59,450 nucleotides of DNA from a virus (Duplodnaviria > Caudoviricetes), in IMG/VR virus record IMGVR_UViG_3300020045_002012, positions 1 through 59,450 of that record; one strand, 5' to 3'. The notes beneath the pieces were generated by a model. It made no database searches. It worked only from the letters and a program-made list of their open reading frames with translations, and had not been told where the DNA came from. Of the stretch, positions 27,065-35,692 are shown piece by piece; position 1 is the stretch's first letter; each line of letters opens with the position of its first letter. The position numbers and the translations under genes were made by a program.

Positions 27065-27886
27065 ATGGCTAAGAAAGTTGAAGAAGTCCTGGTTGCCGAA
27101 GCAGCCGTCATCGAGGGCACTGTGATTGAAAACCCGCTTGTCAGCGGCTCAACGAGCACGGCAGTCGGTGCTGTGGCTTCGTGGGAAGACGAGCTGGCTA
27201 AGTACGCGACGGAAGCGGCTGAGGCCGAGGTACTTGGCGGTACGTTCTTGTCGCTGCAGTCGGGGCGCCTGTCCATCAGCAAGAACCCTGTGGCGGGCAA
27301 CAAGCTCGACTGCATTGTGCTTGCTAGCTGCTACGAGAACGCGATTTACCCCCCGGGCAAGTTCAATCCCGAGAAGCCGGTCCCGCCGATGTGCTATGCA
27401 TTCGGTGAAGACGAAGACACCATGAAGCCGCACCCTGATGTGAAGAAGCCACTTGCTGCGAGCTGTGCAGAGTGCCAGATGAACACGTGGAAGGATGATG
27501 GCAGTGGCAAAGAGTGCAAGAACGTGCGTCGCCTTGCTCTGCTGCCTGCGGACTGCATCAACGACCCAGCTAAGATCATCACGACCGAGCAGATTTACAT
27601 GAAGCTGCCCGTCACGTCGGTCAAGGCTTGGAAGAAGTATGTGTCGGCTGTCGCGGCAGAATTCAAGCGCCCGCCGTTTGCAGTCATCACAACGCTCAGT
27701 ACCGAGCCCGACGCCAAGACGCAGTTCAAAGTCACGCTGACTTGCAAGGGTGTTGTGCCTGTCGGAGCTATTACAACTGCGCTGATCGCAGCCCACCAGG
27801 CTTCGCTGAAGACCATTGGCTTCCCCTACCCCGAATTCACTGCTACGCCGCCGACTGGAACAGCTGCGGGCAGCGATAAGTTCTAA
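27065..27886 (+). CDS. Putative single-stranded DNA-binding protein
   Basis: ATG with AGGAG RBS; CAECQMN..GKECKNVRRL, LPVTSVKAW; flexible tail ending DKF; upstream of the polymerase. Confidence 0.55.
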   Translation: MAKKVEEVLVAEAAVIEGTVIENPLVSGSTSTAVGAVASWEDELAKYATEAAEAEVLGGTFLSLQSGRLSISKNPVAGNKLDCIVLASCYENAIYPPGKFNPEKPVPPMCYAFGEDEDTMKPHPDVKKPLAASCAECQMNTWKDDGSGKECKNVRRLALLPADCINDPAKIITTEQIYMKLPVTSVKAWKKYVSAVAAEFKRPPFAVITTLSTEPDAKTQFKVTLTCKGVVPVGAITTALIAAHQASLKTIGFPYPEFTATPPTGTAAGSDKF

Positions 27887-27897
27887 GGAGTTACACC

Positions 27898-28149
27898 ATG
27901 CAAGAACAACAGGACCTCTCGCTAGTCGACGCTGAGCGTGAAATTATGCTCAGCAACCTCGGCTCATGGGCTACGCTACAGCCGATGCTTAACACGCTTG
28001 ACAAAGAGGAAGACGTCAAGTTCCTGATGCGCGCTGAGCAGGCAAGTAAAAACCGCATTCGGATCATTGACAGACTTTACGCGCGGTATAATGTTATCCG
28101 CCGGGAACGCGAGCGGCGTGAGCTGTCTGCGGGGATCCTCCCTTTTTGA
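27898..28149 (+). CDS. Hypothetical protein
   Basis: TAAGGAG RBS; 83 aa. Confidence 0.7.
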   Translation: MQEQQDLSLVDAEREIMLSNLGSWATLQPMLNTLDKEEDVKFLMRAEQASKNRIRIIDRLYARYNVIRRERERRELSAGILPF

Positions 28150-28251
28150 GCAGCCTGCCGAACACAGGTCTCTCCAGGAGTTTGGCGCTCCGCTCATAAG
28201 CCACGACTAGCCCCCGTAAGGGGCCTTTTCATTACAGACATCTTGGGAGAG

Positions 28252-31077
28252 ATGATGAAACGCATAATCGCCATCGACTTTGAAACAGCGGCTATTCAGC
28301 CACTGCCAGAGTATCCGCCAAAACCCACAATGCTTGGCATCTACGAGCGAGACAAGACGCCGCTGTACATGAGCTGGGGCCATCCATCAGGTAACAATAC
28401 CACAGAAGAGACAGCCAAGCAAGTGCTCAGTACCTTGTGGAACGATCCTGAAATTGAGCTAGTCTGCCACAATGCCCCTTTTGACGTGCTAGTAGCGCAT
28501 GTCCACTGGGGCCTTTCTATAAAGCGGGCTGGGCTAATACACGACACTATGGTCATGGCATTCTTGCTAGAACCGCATGCCATGACCTACGCGCTAAAGC
28601 CAATTGCAGACAAGCTCCTCGGTCTACCACCGGACGAGTCTGATGCAATAAGAACTTGGTGCCAAGCCAACGGTCTCATTAAGACAAACGCCAAAGAGTA
28701 TGGCGAGCATATTTCAAAGGTGCCGGCTGAGATTGTTGGCCCATACTGCGTTGGTGATATTGTCAGAACTATGCAGCTGTTTGAGAGGTTCACGCCAAAA
28801 CTGGCAGAGACTCGGATGCTTGACGCTTATCACAGAGAGCTCAAAATTCGCGACATAATGCTCGAAAATACGCGCAACGGGGTCAGCGTAAACGTCGATA
28901 GCTTAACTTGCGACATTGCGTTGTACGATAGCGCGCTCGCAAAAATTGATGAGCTCATATTGACTTTGCTCCAATGCGAGCCCTTTAACTTGGACTCTGA
29001 TGCCCAGCTAGCAGACGCTATTGACAAGGCGCACCCAGGGCTAGTTTGGTCATACACTAAGACGGGCAAGCGGTCTACCGCCAAGGCCAATATGGAGAAG
29101 ACACTTGAAGGGCTGACGGGTACCCTGCTTGCCGCCATGCAGTACCGCGCCTCAATCAAGACCTGCGTCAATACCTTTATGAGGCCTTGGCTTATACAGG
29201 CGACGCACCCGCTGGGCAAAGGCAGGATGCGGTGCCAATGGAATACCACGCGTAGCGACGATGGCGGCGCGCGGACAGGCAGGCTCAGCTCTTCGCCATC
29301 TTTGATGAACATCCCCACGCTGTCCTCTGCTAAGTTCACCGCTGTGCTGGCCCTGTGGGAAGTGCATCTTAAAGAGCTAGACTTCCCCGCCTTGCCCAAC
29401 GTCCGTAGCTACATCATACCTGATCCCGGCCACGAGCTTGTGTCGCTGGATTATTGCCTAAGCCCAGATACCGAGTTCTTAACTGAGCATGGGTTTAAGC
29501 TCTTTGACGATATTGCGCCAGGCACTGCCTTAGCGTATTGGGAAAACGGAGTAATTGGCTTTGAGCAGCCGGTGCGTAGAATCGACAAACAGCACATTGG
29601 CGACTTGGTACACGTTACAGGCGCTAAATCGTTAGACATGTTGGGCACGCCAGACCACAGAATGGTATTGCTGAAGACCACAAAAGATGTTAGCACAGCG
29701 CACAAAATGATGTTGTCAGACGTGCCCTTCAGAAGAACGGGCTACCTGTTCCTACCACAAGCAGGCATCTGCGATAATGTAGTACCCTTGGACCGAGCTG
29801 CAATAACCTTGGTGGCGGCAATACAAGCTGACGGCAGGATAGCCACTCAAAGCACTAGGCGTGTAATATTTAAGTTCTCAAAACAGCGCAAGGTAGATAG
29901 GCTTTGCGCTGCGCTTACAGCCCTAAAGATTGAGTTTAAAGTCAAGTACTACCAGTATGCGTATGATAGTTCCGCATTTACTTGGATAATATTTTACGCG
30001 CCAGCCTGGGTATTTGAGTACATTGACATAGCAACAAAATGCTTAACCCGTAGTATCCTATCAATGCCAGCCAGCTTTTTGGACGAAATAACGTATTGGG
30101 ATGGTGCAAGACAAAAGACAGCTGTTAGCGCAGCACCTGGAACTAGCGCGCAGTATTTCTCAGTGTATCGCCAAAACGTGGAGCTAGTGCAGGAGCTAGC
30201 AGTCCTGCGTAATAGGCACTCAGTACTCAGCTTTAAGCGCGCCCCGTCTAGTTTTAACGGCGCCGGTTACTACTCGGTTTGCATCCATAAGCTGGCTGGG
30301 TCATATACCAAAACTCAGTCTGTGGCTTACGAGGCGTATGCGGGTAGGGTTGTCTGTTTCGAAATGCCGCATGGCACGCTAATAGCTCGCCGCAAAGGCC
30401 GCCCATTTGTAACTGGTAATTGTGCTCAAGAGCTCCGCGTGCTTGCCCACTACGAGAGTGACATGTTGCTCAAAGCCTACCAAGAAGACCCAACACAGGA
30501 CCTACACCAATATGCTGCAGACTTGATTGCTAGGCAGCTCGGTATTCCGTTTAAGCGTAAACAAGCAAAGACGTGCGCATTTGCAATCCTATACGGTAGT
30601 GGCTTGGCTACGCTTGCTGCGTCGCTAGGCTCCACGGTTGACGAGGCGGGGCAAATTAAGGGGGCATACCTTTCTGTGCTACCCGGTGTCAAGGGTCTAA
30701 TCGACTCTTTGAAGAATAGAGCTGCCGCTAACCAGCCCATTAGGACTTGGGGCGGCCGGCTGTATTATGTTGAGCCGCCGCGTGTAGTTGACAATCGTAT
30801 GCGTACGTACGACTATAAACTTTTGAACTACCTATGTCAGGGCGGGAGCGCGGATATAACCAAAGAGGCTATCCTAAGCTATGATGAGCACAGGGTACAC
30901 GGCCGCTTGATTCTGACCGTGCACGACCAAATAGTAATCACAGTGCCCAAAGAACATTGGCGAACAGAGGCAGCAATCTTGAAGCACTGTATGGAGTCTG
31001 TAAAGCTTGATGCTAAGCTGCTCGCAGACAGCTCTCACGGGCCTAATCTTCATGACGTAAAGGACATTGTATGCTGA
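28252..31077 (+). CDS. polA: Family A DNA polymerase (3'-5' exo + pol) interrupted by an intein
   Basis: IDFET, HNAPFD, TGRLSSSP, motif A LDY/CAQELR split by the intein, motif B KTCAFAILYG, motif C VHDQ. Confidence 0.95.
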   Translation: MMKRIIAIDFETAAIQPLPEYPPKPTMLGIYERDKTPLYMSWGHPSGNNTTEETAKQVLSTLWNDPEIELVCHNAPFDVLVAHVHWGLSIKRAGLIHDTMVMAFLLEPHAMTYALKPIADKLLGLPPDESDAIRTWCQANGLIKTNAKEYGEHISKVPAEIVGPYCVGDIVRTMQLFERFTPKLAETRMLDAYHRELKIRDIMLENTRNGVSVNVDSLTCDIALYDSALAKIDELILTLLQCEPFNLDSDAQLADAIDKAHPGLVWSYTKTGKRSTAKANMEKTLEGLTGTLLAAMQYRASIKTCVNTFMRPWLIQATHPLGKGRMRCQWNTTRSDDGGARTGRLSSSPSLMNIPTLSSAKFTAVLALWEVHLKELDFPALPNVRSYIIPDPGHELVSLDYCLSPDTEFLTEHGFKLFDDIAPGTALAYWENGVIGFEQPVRRIDKQHIGDLVHVTGAKSLDMLGTPDHRMVLLKTTKDVSTAHKMMLSDVPFRRTGYLFLPQAGICDNVVPLDRAAITLVAAIQADGRIATQSTRRVIFKFSKQRKVDRLCAALTALKIEFKVKYYQYAYDSSAFTWIIFYAPAWVFEYIDIATKCLTRSILSMPASFLDEITYWDGARQKTAVSAAPGTSAQYFSVYRQNVELVQELAVLRNRHSVLSFKRAPSSFNGAGYYSVCIHKLAGSYTKTQSVAYEAYAGRVVCFEMPHGTLIARRKGRPFVTGNCAQELRVLAHYESDMLLKAYQEDPTQDLHQYAADLIARQLGIPFKRKQAKTCAFAILYGSGLATLAASLGSTVDEAGQIKGAYLSVLPGVKGLIDSLKNRAAANQPIRTWGGRLYYVEPPRVVDNRMRTYDYKLLNYLCQGGSADITKEAILSYDEHRVHGRLILTVHDQIVITVPKEHWRTEAAILKHCMESVKLDAKLLADSSHGPNLHDVKDIVC
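29455..30420 (+). mobile_element. Intein (322 aa) with LAGLIDADG-type endonuclease in polymerase motif A
   Basis: Starts CLSPDTEFLT; block B TPDHRM; VAAIQADG; ends VVCFEMPHG...FVTGN followed by Cys+1. Confidence 0.93.
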
Positions 31078-31271
31078 AGCGTGCAACCGCAGCAAGACAG
31101 CCGAACGAAGTTTGTAACGGCTGTGGGATTAGATATGGCACCGAGTTCCGCGACGGGTACCACACGTATTGGAAAGGCCAGTGCGGCGTTTGTCATACCA
31201 AGGGAGACGTCACTGACCCAAGAAACTTTGGGTATATGAATAACGACTGGAAGAAACATGCTAGAGTCTGA
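31071..31271 (+). CDS. Small zinc-finger protein
   Basis: CNGC and CGVC pairs; AAGGA RBS; overlaps both neighbours. Confidence 0.6.
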   Translation: MLKRATAARQPNEVCNGCGIRYGTEFRDGYHTYWKGQCGVCHTKGDVTDPRNFGYMNNDWKKHARV

Positions 31272-31563
31272 GGTAGAATCCGCGTTCGTGAGGAGGCTAA
31301 AGCGAGAGCTTGGCCTTACCTCCGCAAAGCTGAAGGCTATTTCAAATGCTGGTTGGCCTGACAGGATGATACCGTTGCCTAATGGCAAAGTTGTATTCGT
31401 CGAGTTCAAAGCACCGGGTAAAGAGCGCAACCTGTCTGAGCACCAGAAGGTTATAATTGCCACCCTTCGCGGCTATGGTATTCCAGTACTAGTCTCCTCA
31501 AGCGCAAGCGAGGCCATTGACTTCGTTATAAGGAACATGCAAAGTGGACTTCAAACTCCCTGA
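31258..31563 (+). CDS. VRR-NUC domain nuclease
   Basis: ESEVE..GWPDR..FVEFKAPG..LSEHQ. Confidence 0.9.
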   Translation: MLESEVESAFVRRLKRELGLTSAKLKAISNAGWPDRMIPLPNGKVVFVEFKAPGKERNLSEHQKVIIATLRGYGIPVLVSSSASEAIDFVIRNMQSGLQTP

Positions 31564-32944
31564 GCCTTACATCCCCCACGACTACCAGCGTGAGGCAATT
31601 CAGCATTTACTATCTGCCCCACATGCCGGTCTGTTCTTAAAACCAGGCCGCGGGAAGACGTCTTCTACGCTCGCCGCGTTCAAGGTACTTAGTACCTCGG
31701 GCCTAAGTAAAGCAGTCTTGATCGTTGCCCCGCTACGGGTTGTCAAGTACACCTGGAAACAAGAAGCAGAGAAGTGGCTTGACTTTGAGCATCTCAAGTT
31801 TATCACGTTGCATGGCGCTAAAAAGGACGATCTGCTGAAGGAGAAGGCAGACGTCTATCTCATCAACTTTGAGGGATTATTGTGGCTGCTCCCGAAGCTG
31901 AAGCTGATGACAACTTGGCCGTTTGACATGTTGGTGATTGACGAAAGCACTAAGCTTAAGGCCTATAACTCAAAGCGCTTCAAGTTACTGAAGCCGCTGC
32001 TCTCAAAATTCAAGCGACGCGTCATCCTAACGGGCACGCCTACGCCGAACTCGTTGATGGACTTGTTCGCTCAGTGCTATGTTATAGACACGGGCAAAGC
32101 CCTGACCCGCTACATCACCCACTTCCGCAATGAGTTCTTCGACCTTGACACAAGCAAGTCTAAACCAGGTGAGCCACCTAACGCTTGGGCCTACGTACTT
32201 AAGCCTGGGGCTGAGGTGGAGATTAAGGACCGTATTGCCCACTTAGTCTACACTAGTGAAGGTCCAGAGTGGGAGCCTGGTCAAGAACCCCTGGTTAATG
32301 ATATTTTTGTGGAGCTACCGCCTACCGTGCGCAAGCAACATAGGGATATGCTAAAATTACTCATGGCTAAAATAGAGGCCGGCGTAGTGCTAGCGGCCAA
32401 TGCGGCAGTGGCGATGGGCAAGTGTATTCAAATTGCCAATGGCGCGCTCTATGTAGATGACCAGTATAACTTTGACGTATTACACGACACCAAGCTAGAG
32501 GTTGTGGAAGACTTGCTGGAAGAACTAGCAGGGGCGCCGGTGTTAATTTGGTACCACTTCAAGTCAGACTTGGCTCGGCTGCAGGCTAAGTTTCCAGGCG
32601 AAGCCTTCACAGCAAAGTCGAGCTCAGACATCGTAGACCGTTGGAACGCGGGCAAGATACCAATAATGTACGTACACCCCATGTCAGCCGCGCATGGGCT
32701 TAACTTGCAGCATGGGGGCAGCACTATGATTTACTTCTCCATACCCTGCTCCTCAGAGGGCTACAGCCAAGGCATCGCGCGGTTGGCCCGCCAAGGCCAA
32801 AAACAACAAGTAACCGTGCACCGTATACTGGGTAGCGGTACTGTTGACGAGGCGCTTGTAAAGACATTAGCCCGGCGCAGCAATAGCCAAGCCGCGTTGT
32901 TGGACGACCTTAAGGAGTTCTGGCATGGCCACAAAGACCTGTAA
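31544..32944 (+). CDS. SNF2-family helicase
   Basis: YQREA, PGRGKT, IDEST, LTGTP, HGLNLQ, ARLARQGQ. Confidence 0.92.
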   Translation: MDFKLPEPYIPHDYQREAIQHLLSAPHAGLFLKPGRGKTSSTLAAFKVLSTSGLSKAVLIVAPLRVVKYTWKQEAEKWLDFEHLKFITLHGAKKDDLLKEKADVYLINFEGLLWLLPKLKLMTTWPFDMLVIDESTKLKAYNSKRFKLLKPLLSKFKRRVILTGTPTPNSLMDLFAQCYVIDTGKALTRYITHFRNEFFDLDTSKSKPGEPPNAWAYVLKPGAEVEIKDRIAHLVYTSEGPEWEPGQEPLVNDIFVELPPTVRKQHRDMLKLLMAKIEAGVVLAANAAVAMGKCIQIANGALYVDDQYNFDVLHDTKLEVVEDLLEELAGAPVLIWYHFKSDLARLQAKFPGEAFTAKSSSDIVDRWNAGKIPIMYVHPMSAAHGLNLQHGGSTMIYFSIPCSSEGYSQGIARLARQGQKQQVTVHRILGSGTVDEALVKTLARRSNSQAALLDDLKEFWHGHKDL

Positions 32945-33043
32945 AATATGCGGTGAAGCTAAGGAGGCCGTACAAGGTACCTGCAGATATTGACGTTCCA
33001 TGAGAATAGCTGTAAGAGTAATAAGCTTGCTTTGGATGCTTAA
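32925..33043 (+). pseudogene. Internally deleted HNH endonuclease remnant
   Basis: AAGGAG RBS; MATKTCKICGEAKEAVQG, then out-of-frame LQILTFHENSCKSNK; these match the two ends of the HNH at 11033-11551. Confidence 0.75.
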
Positions 33044-33055
33044 CTGCGTTATAAT
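33027..33055 (+). promoter_or_regulatory. Sigma70-like promoter
   Basis: TTGCTT-17 bp-TATAAT, followed by GTATTT as in the conserved leader. Confidence 0.65.
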
Positions 33056-33090
33056 GTATTTATACGATTATAGACAGACAGGGGAACATC

Positions 33091-33870
33091 ATGGAAGTCA
33101 GGCGGAGCAGAGGAGGCAAAGTGGGGCTGGTTATTGGTGGCAACAATATCATCAAGTTCGTGATGATTGGCGGCAACTGTCCTGAGTTCGGGTCGATGCC
33201 TGTAAAAGAGTTCTACAAAGAGTTCAACAAGGTGCTTGGTCTTACGCCTGAAGATGCGGCAATGTCGTTCTTGAAGGCAGCAAAGCGGGCGTACAAGCAC
33301 AATCAAGCAGTAATCACGTTTTTACTAGGAGAAATTATTTTGAAAAAGATGCAAGAAAGCACGCTCGGCGAGTTGGTTTTGGTGTATAATAACCTCTGTG
33401 TTGCAGCAGGCAGGAAGCCCCGGAAGACTTTCGATTCGAAAGCCGCAGCCCTCGAGGCAATTGAGAAACTTGATGCAACGCTTAAGGCACCTACCCCAGA
33501 GCAGATTAACTCTGCTGAACAGTCCTCAAGGAGAAGCAAAATGGAACAGGAAACCGCAGTTGGCGAGAATGGTGAAGTTGTTGTTGTTGAAGCCAAGCCG
33601 CGCGGCAAGGGCATCGGCGCCCGTGCGATGGAGCTGCTGATCGAAGGCAAGTCCACACAAGAAGTTATTGACACCGTGTCGGCCGAGATTGAGGGCGCGA
33701 ACCCCACGCCGGCTACCATCGCATGGTACAAGAACAAGCTGCGCAAAGAGGGCAAGATTCCGATGCCTGTCAAGAAAGACCCCGCCGAGAAGAAGGCCCG
33801 CAAGGCTAAGGCAGTCGAAGCTGTTGAGGAAATGGCTGAAGGCGCTGATGACGACGAAGGCAACGTCTAA
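33091..33870 (+). CDS. Putative DNA-binding protein (paralogous domain to 14464-15003)
   Basis: GIGARAMELLI...IAWYKNKL; Lys/Ala-rich then acidic tail. Confidence 0.65.
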   Translation: MEVRRSRGGKVGLVIGGNNIIKFVMIGGNCPEFGSMPVKEFYKEFNKVLGLTPEDAAMSFLKAAKRAYKHNQAVITFLLGEIILKKMQESTLGELVLVYNNLCVAAGRKPRKTFDSKAAALEAIEKLDATLKAPTPEQINSAEQSSRRSKMEQETAVGENGEVVVVEAKPRGKGIGARAMELLIEGKSTQEVIDTVSAEIEGANPTPATIAWYKNKLRKEGKIPMPVKKDPAEKKARKAKAVEAVEEMAEGADDDEGNV

Positions 33871-33886
33871 GTACCTAGCTCCATGG

Positions 33887-33915
33887 GCCCCGGGCCAAGT
33901 CCGGGGCTTTTATTT
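33887..33915 (+). terminator. Rho-independent terminator
   Basis: GCCCCGG-loop-CCGGGGC-TTTTATTT. Confidence 0.75.
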
Positions 33916-33949
33916 CAACTAGCAGTACATTCCTGTAAGGGTGCATAAG

Positions 33950-34276
33950 ATGGCAGACATAGCAAAAGTTCTAGACGAGCGCCAAGCGACGCACGGTGAC
34001 TTTGAGGACTCAGCCGAGACGGTACAGTGCCTCAAGCATATCATGCGCCAGAGCCCGAACTGGGGCAGACTGAGCTCTACGCAGCGTGAGGCGCTCGAAA
34101 TGATACAGCACAAGATTGGGCGCATCTTACATGGTGACCATAGATTGCTTGATTCTGCCCGTGACATCGTGGGCTACGCGCAGCTGATGTACGACTCGCT
34201 GGAACTTAAAGACGGCACCACCGACGTCCACACGCACAAGGTAGTGCAGGTTGACAGCGAGTGGGTGCTATCATGA
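33950..34276 (+). CDS. DUF6378-like protein (small helical, nucleotide-metabolism associated)
   Basis: LDERQATHGDF...KIGRIL.GD....DSARDIVGYA motif. Confidence 0.65.
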   Translation: MADIAKVLDERQATHGDFEDSAETVQCLKHIMRQSPNWGRLSSTQREALEMIQHKIGRILHGDHRLLDSARDIVGYAQLMYDSLELKDGTTDVHTHKVVQVDSEWVLS

Positions 34277-35079
34277 ACTGGGAAACCAGCTACTTGCTTC
34301 TGTGCCAACAAGTCATCGACCACGGCTATCAGGCAGAGTCGCGCGCTGGGGCAACTAGGTCGCTGCCGGGTACCACGCTCAAAATTCCGCTTAACGACGG
34401 CTTCCCGCTGCTGACCACCCGTAGGATGTACCCTGCTGGCGTGATCGGGGAGCTCGCCGGGTTCGTCCGCGGGGCTGAAGATCTTGCCACGTACGAGAAG
34501 TTTGGCTGTAAGTACTGGCGGGACAACGCCGCTGAGTGGGCGCCGAACAAAGATAAACCTGAGCCGGAGTGGCAAATAGGCCGGTCATACGGGTCCATTT
34601 GGCGCTCGCTGTCGAACGTGGACCAACTCGCGAGTGTAATCGGCATGCTTAAAACGGACCCCCTTAGCCGTCGGCACGTAGTCAGTGCTTGGGACCCAGC
34701 GGCGGAAGCCTGTTTGCCCAGTTGCCACATCATGTTTCAGTTCTATGCCCGTAATGACGGCCTACATTGCATGGTGTACATGAGGTCAGTGGACTTGTGC
34801 GTGGGCCTACCGTCTGACATTGTGCTCTACGCGCTACTCACGAGCCTAGTGGCTAAAGACGTAGGGCTTATGCCTACAAGCTTGACGTTCTTCATGGCAG
34901 ACACGCACGTCTACGAGAATCATATTGAGCTATTCAAGACTCAGTCACACCGCGCCCCAAAACTAAGTCCCGCGCTTGCAATTTCCCCAAGGGCTACAGC
35001 GCTAACCTTTACCCCGGACATGCTAGGCATTGCGGGTTACGCGCATTGGCCTGCAATTAAATACCCGTTCAATAAATAA
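34273..35079 (+). CDS. thyA: Thymidylate synthase (ThyA) family enzyme, Asp variant
   Basis: FPLLTTR, SRRHVVSAWDP, LPSCH, RSVD..GLPSD, DTHVYENH. Confidence 0.9.
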   Translation: MNWETSYLLLCQQVIDHGYQAESRAGATRSLPGTTLKIPLNDGFPLLTTRRMYPAGVIGELAGFVRGAEDLATYEKFGCKYWRDNAAEWAPNKDKPEPEWQIGRSYGSIWRSLSNVDQLASVIGMLKTDPLSRRHVVSAWDPAAEACLPSCHIMFQFYARNDGLHCMVYMRSVDLCVGLPSDIVLYALLTSLVAKDVGLMPTSLTFFMADTHVYENHIELFKTQSHRAPKLSPALAISPRATALTFTPDMLGIAGYAHWPAIKYPFNK

Positions 35080-35088
35080 GGAGTTACC

Positions 35089-35646
35089 ATGTCTAAAGTA
35101 ACTAAGAAGAGCATTGCCAAGAAAATTATTGGGATCGAGTACATCAATGTCCCAGATACCACAGTGACCATCTGCCACCTGACGCTAGAAAACGGGTTTT
35201 CGGTCCGTGGCGAGTCAGCATGTGTTGACCCGCGCAACTTTGATAGCTCGATTGGCGAGCACTACGCTTACGAAGAAGCCTTTAACAAAGTATGGGCATT
35301 TGAAGGCTACTTGCTTGCGGAGAAGCTCTACCGCGCTGAGAATGCTAAGCCCACAAAAGTGCGGCTTAGCATTAGTGTTGCCAACCAAGATACCGTTGAT
35401 GGGCGCATTGAAATGACATTTGGCGCAGCCCTTGAGGTTTTGAAGAGCGGCTTCAAAGTAGCGCGCCGCGGCTGGAACGGTAAAGGACTGTGGCTGACTT
35501 TGCAGGTGCCGGACCAGCATAGCAAAATGACGCTGCCCTACATTTTTATGTCGTACCCTGAAGACTCGGCAAATAACCCCGGGGCCCGAGTACCATGGCT
35601 AGCGTCGCAAACTGACATGCTGGCCATGGACTGGGTTATTGCATAG
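35089..35646 (+). CDS. Fusion of Gp49/Sf6-gp66 (Acb4-like) and DUF2829 (Tad2-like) domains; putative anti-defence sponge
   Basis: TICHLTLENGFSVRGESACVDPRNFD..IG...A...VWAFEGY, then MTFGAALEVLKSGFKVARRGWNGKG...PWLASQTDMLAMDW. Confidence 0.82.
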   Translation: MSKVTKKSIAKKIIGIEYINVPDTTVTICHLTLENGFSVRGESACVDPRNFDSSIGEHYAYEEAFNKVWAFEGYLLAEKLYRAENAKPTKVRLSISVANQDTVDGRIEMTFGAALEVLKSGFKVARRGWNGKGLWLTLQVPDQHSKMTLPYIFMSYPEDSANNPGARVPWLASQTDMLAMDWVIA

Positions 35647-35662
35647 CCAAAACTAAGCGCGT

Positions 35663-35692
35663 AGAAAAAGGGGCCTAGGCCCCTTTTCTTTT
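35663..35692. terminator. Bidirectional terminator between the convergent arms
   Basis: AAAAGGGGCC-TA-GGCCCCTTTT with A/T runs on both sides. Confidence 0.85.

Noticed and set aside
14464-35646. Lysogeny module
   Set aside because: No integrase, CI/Cro pair or partition genes were recognised.
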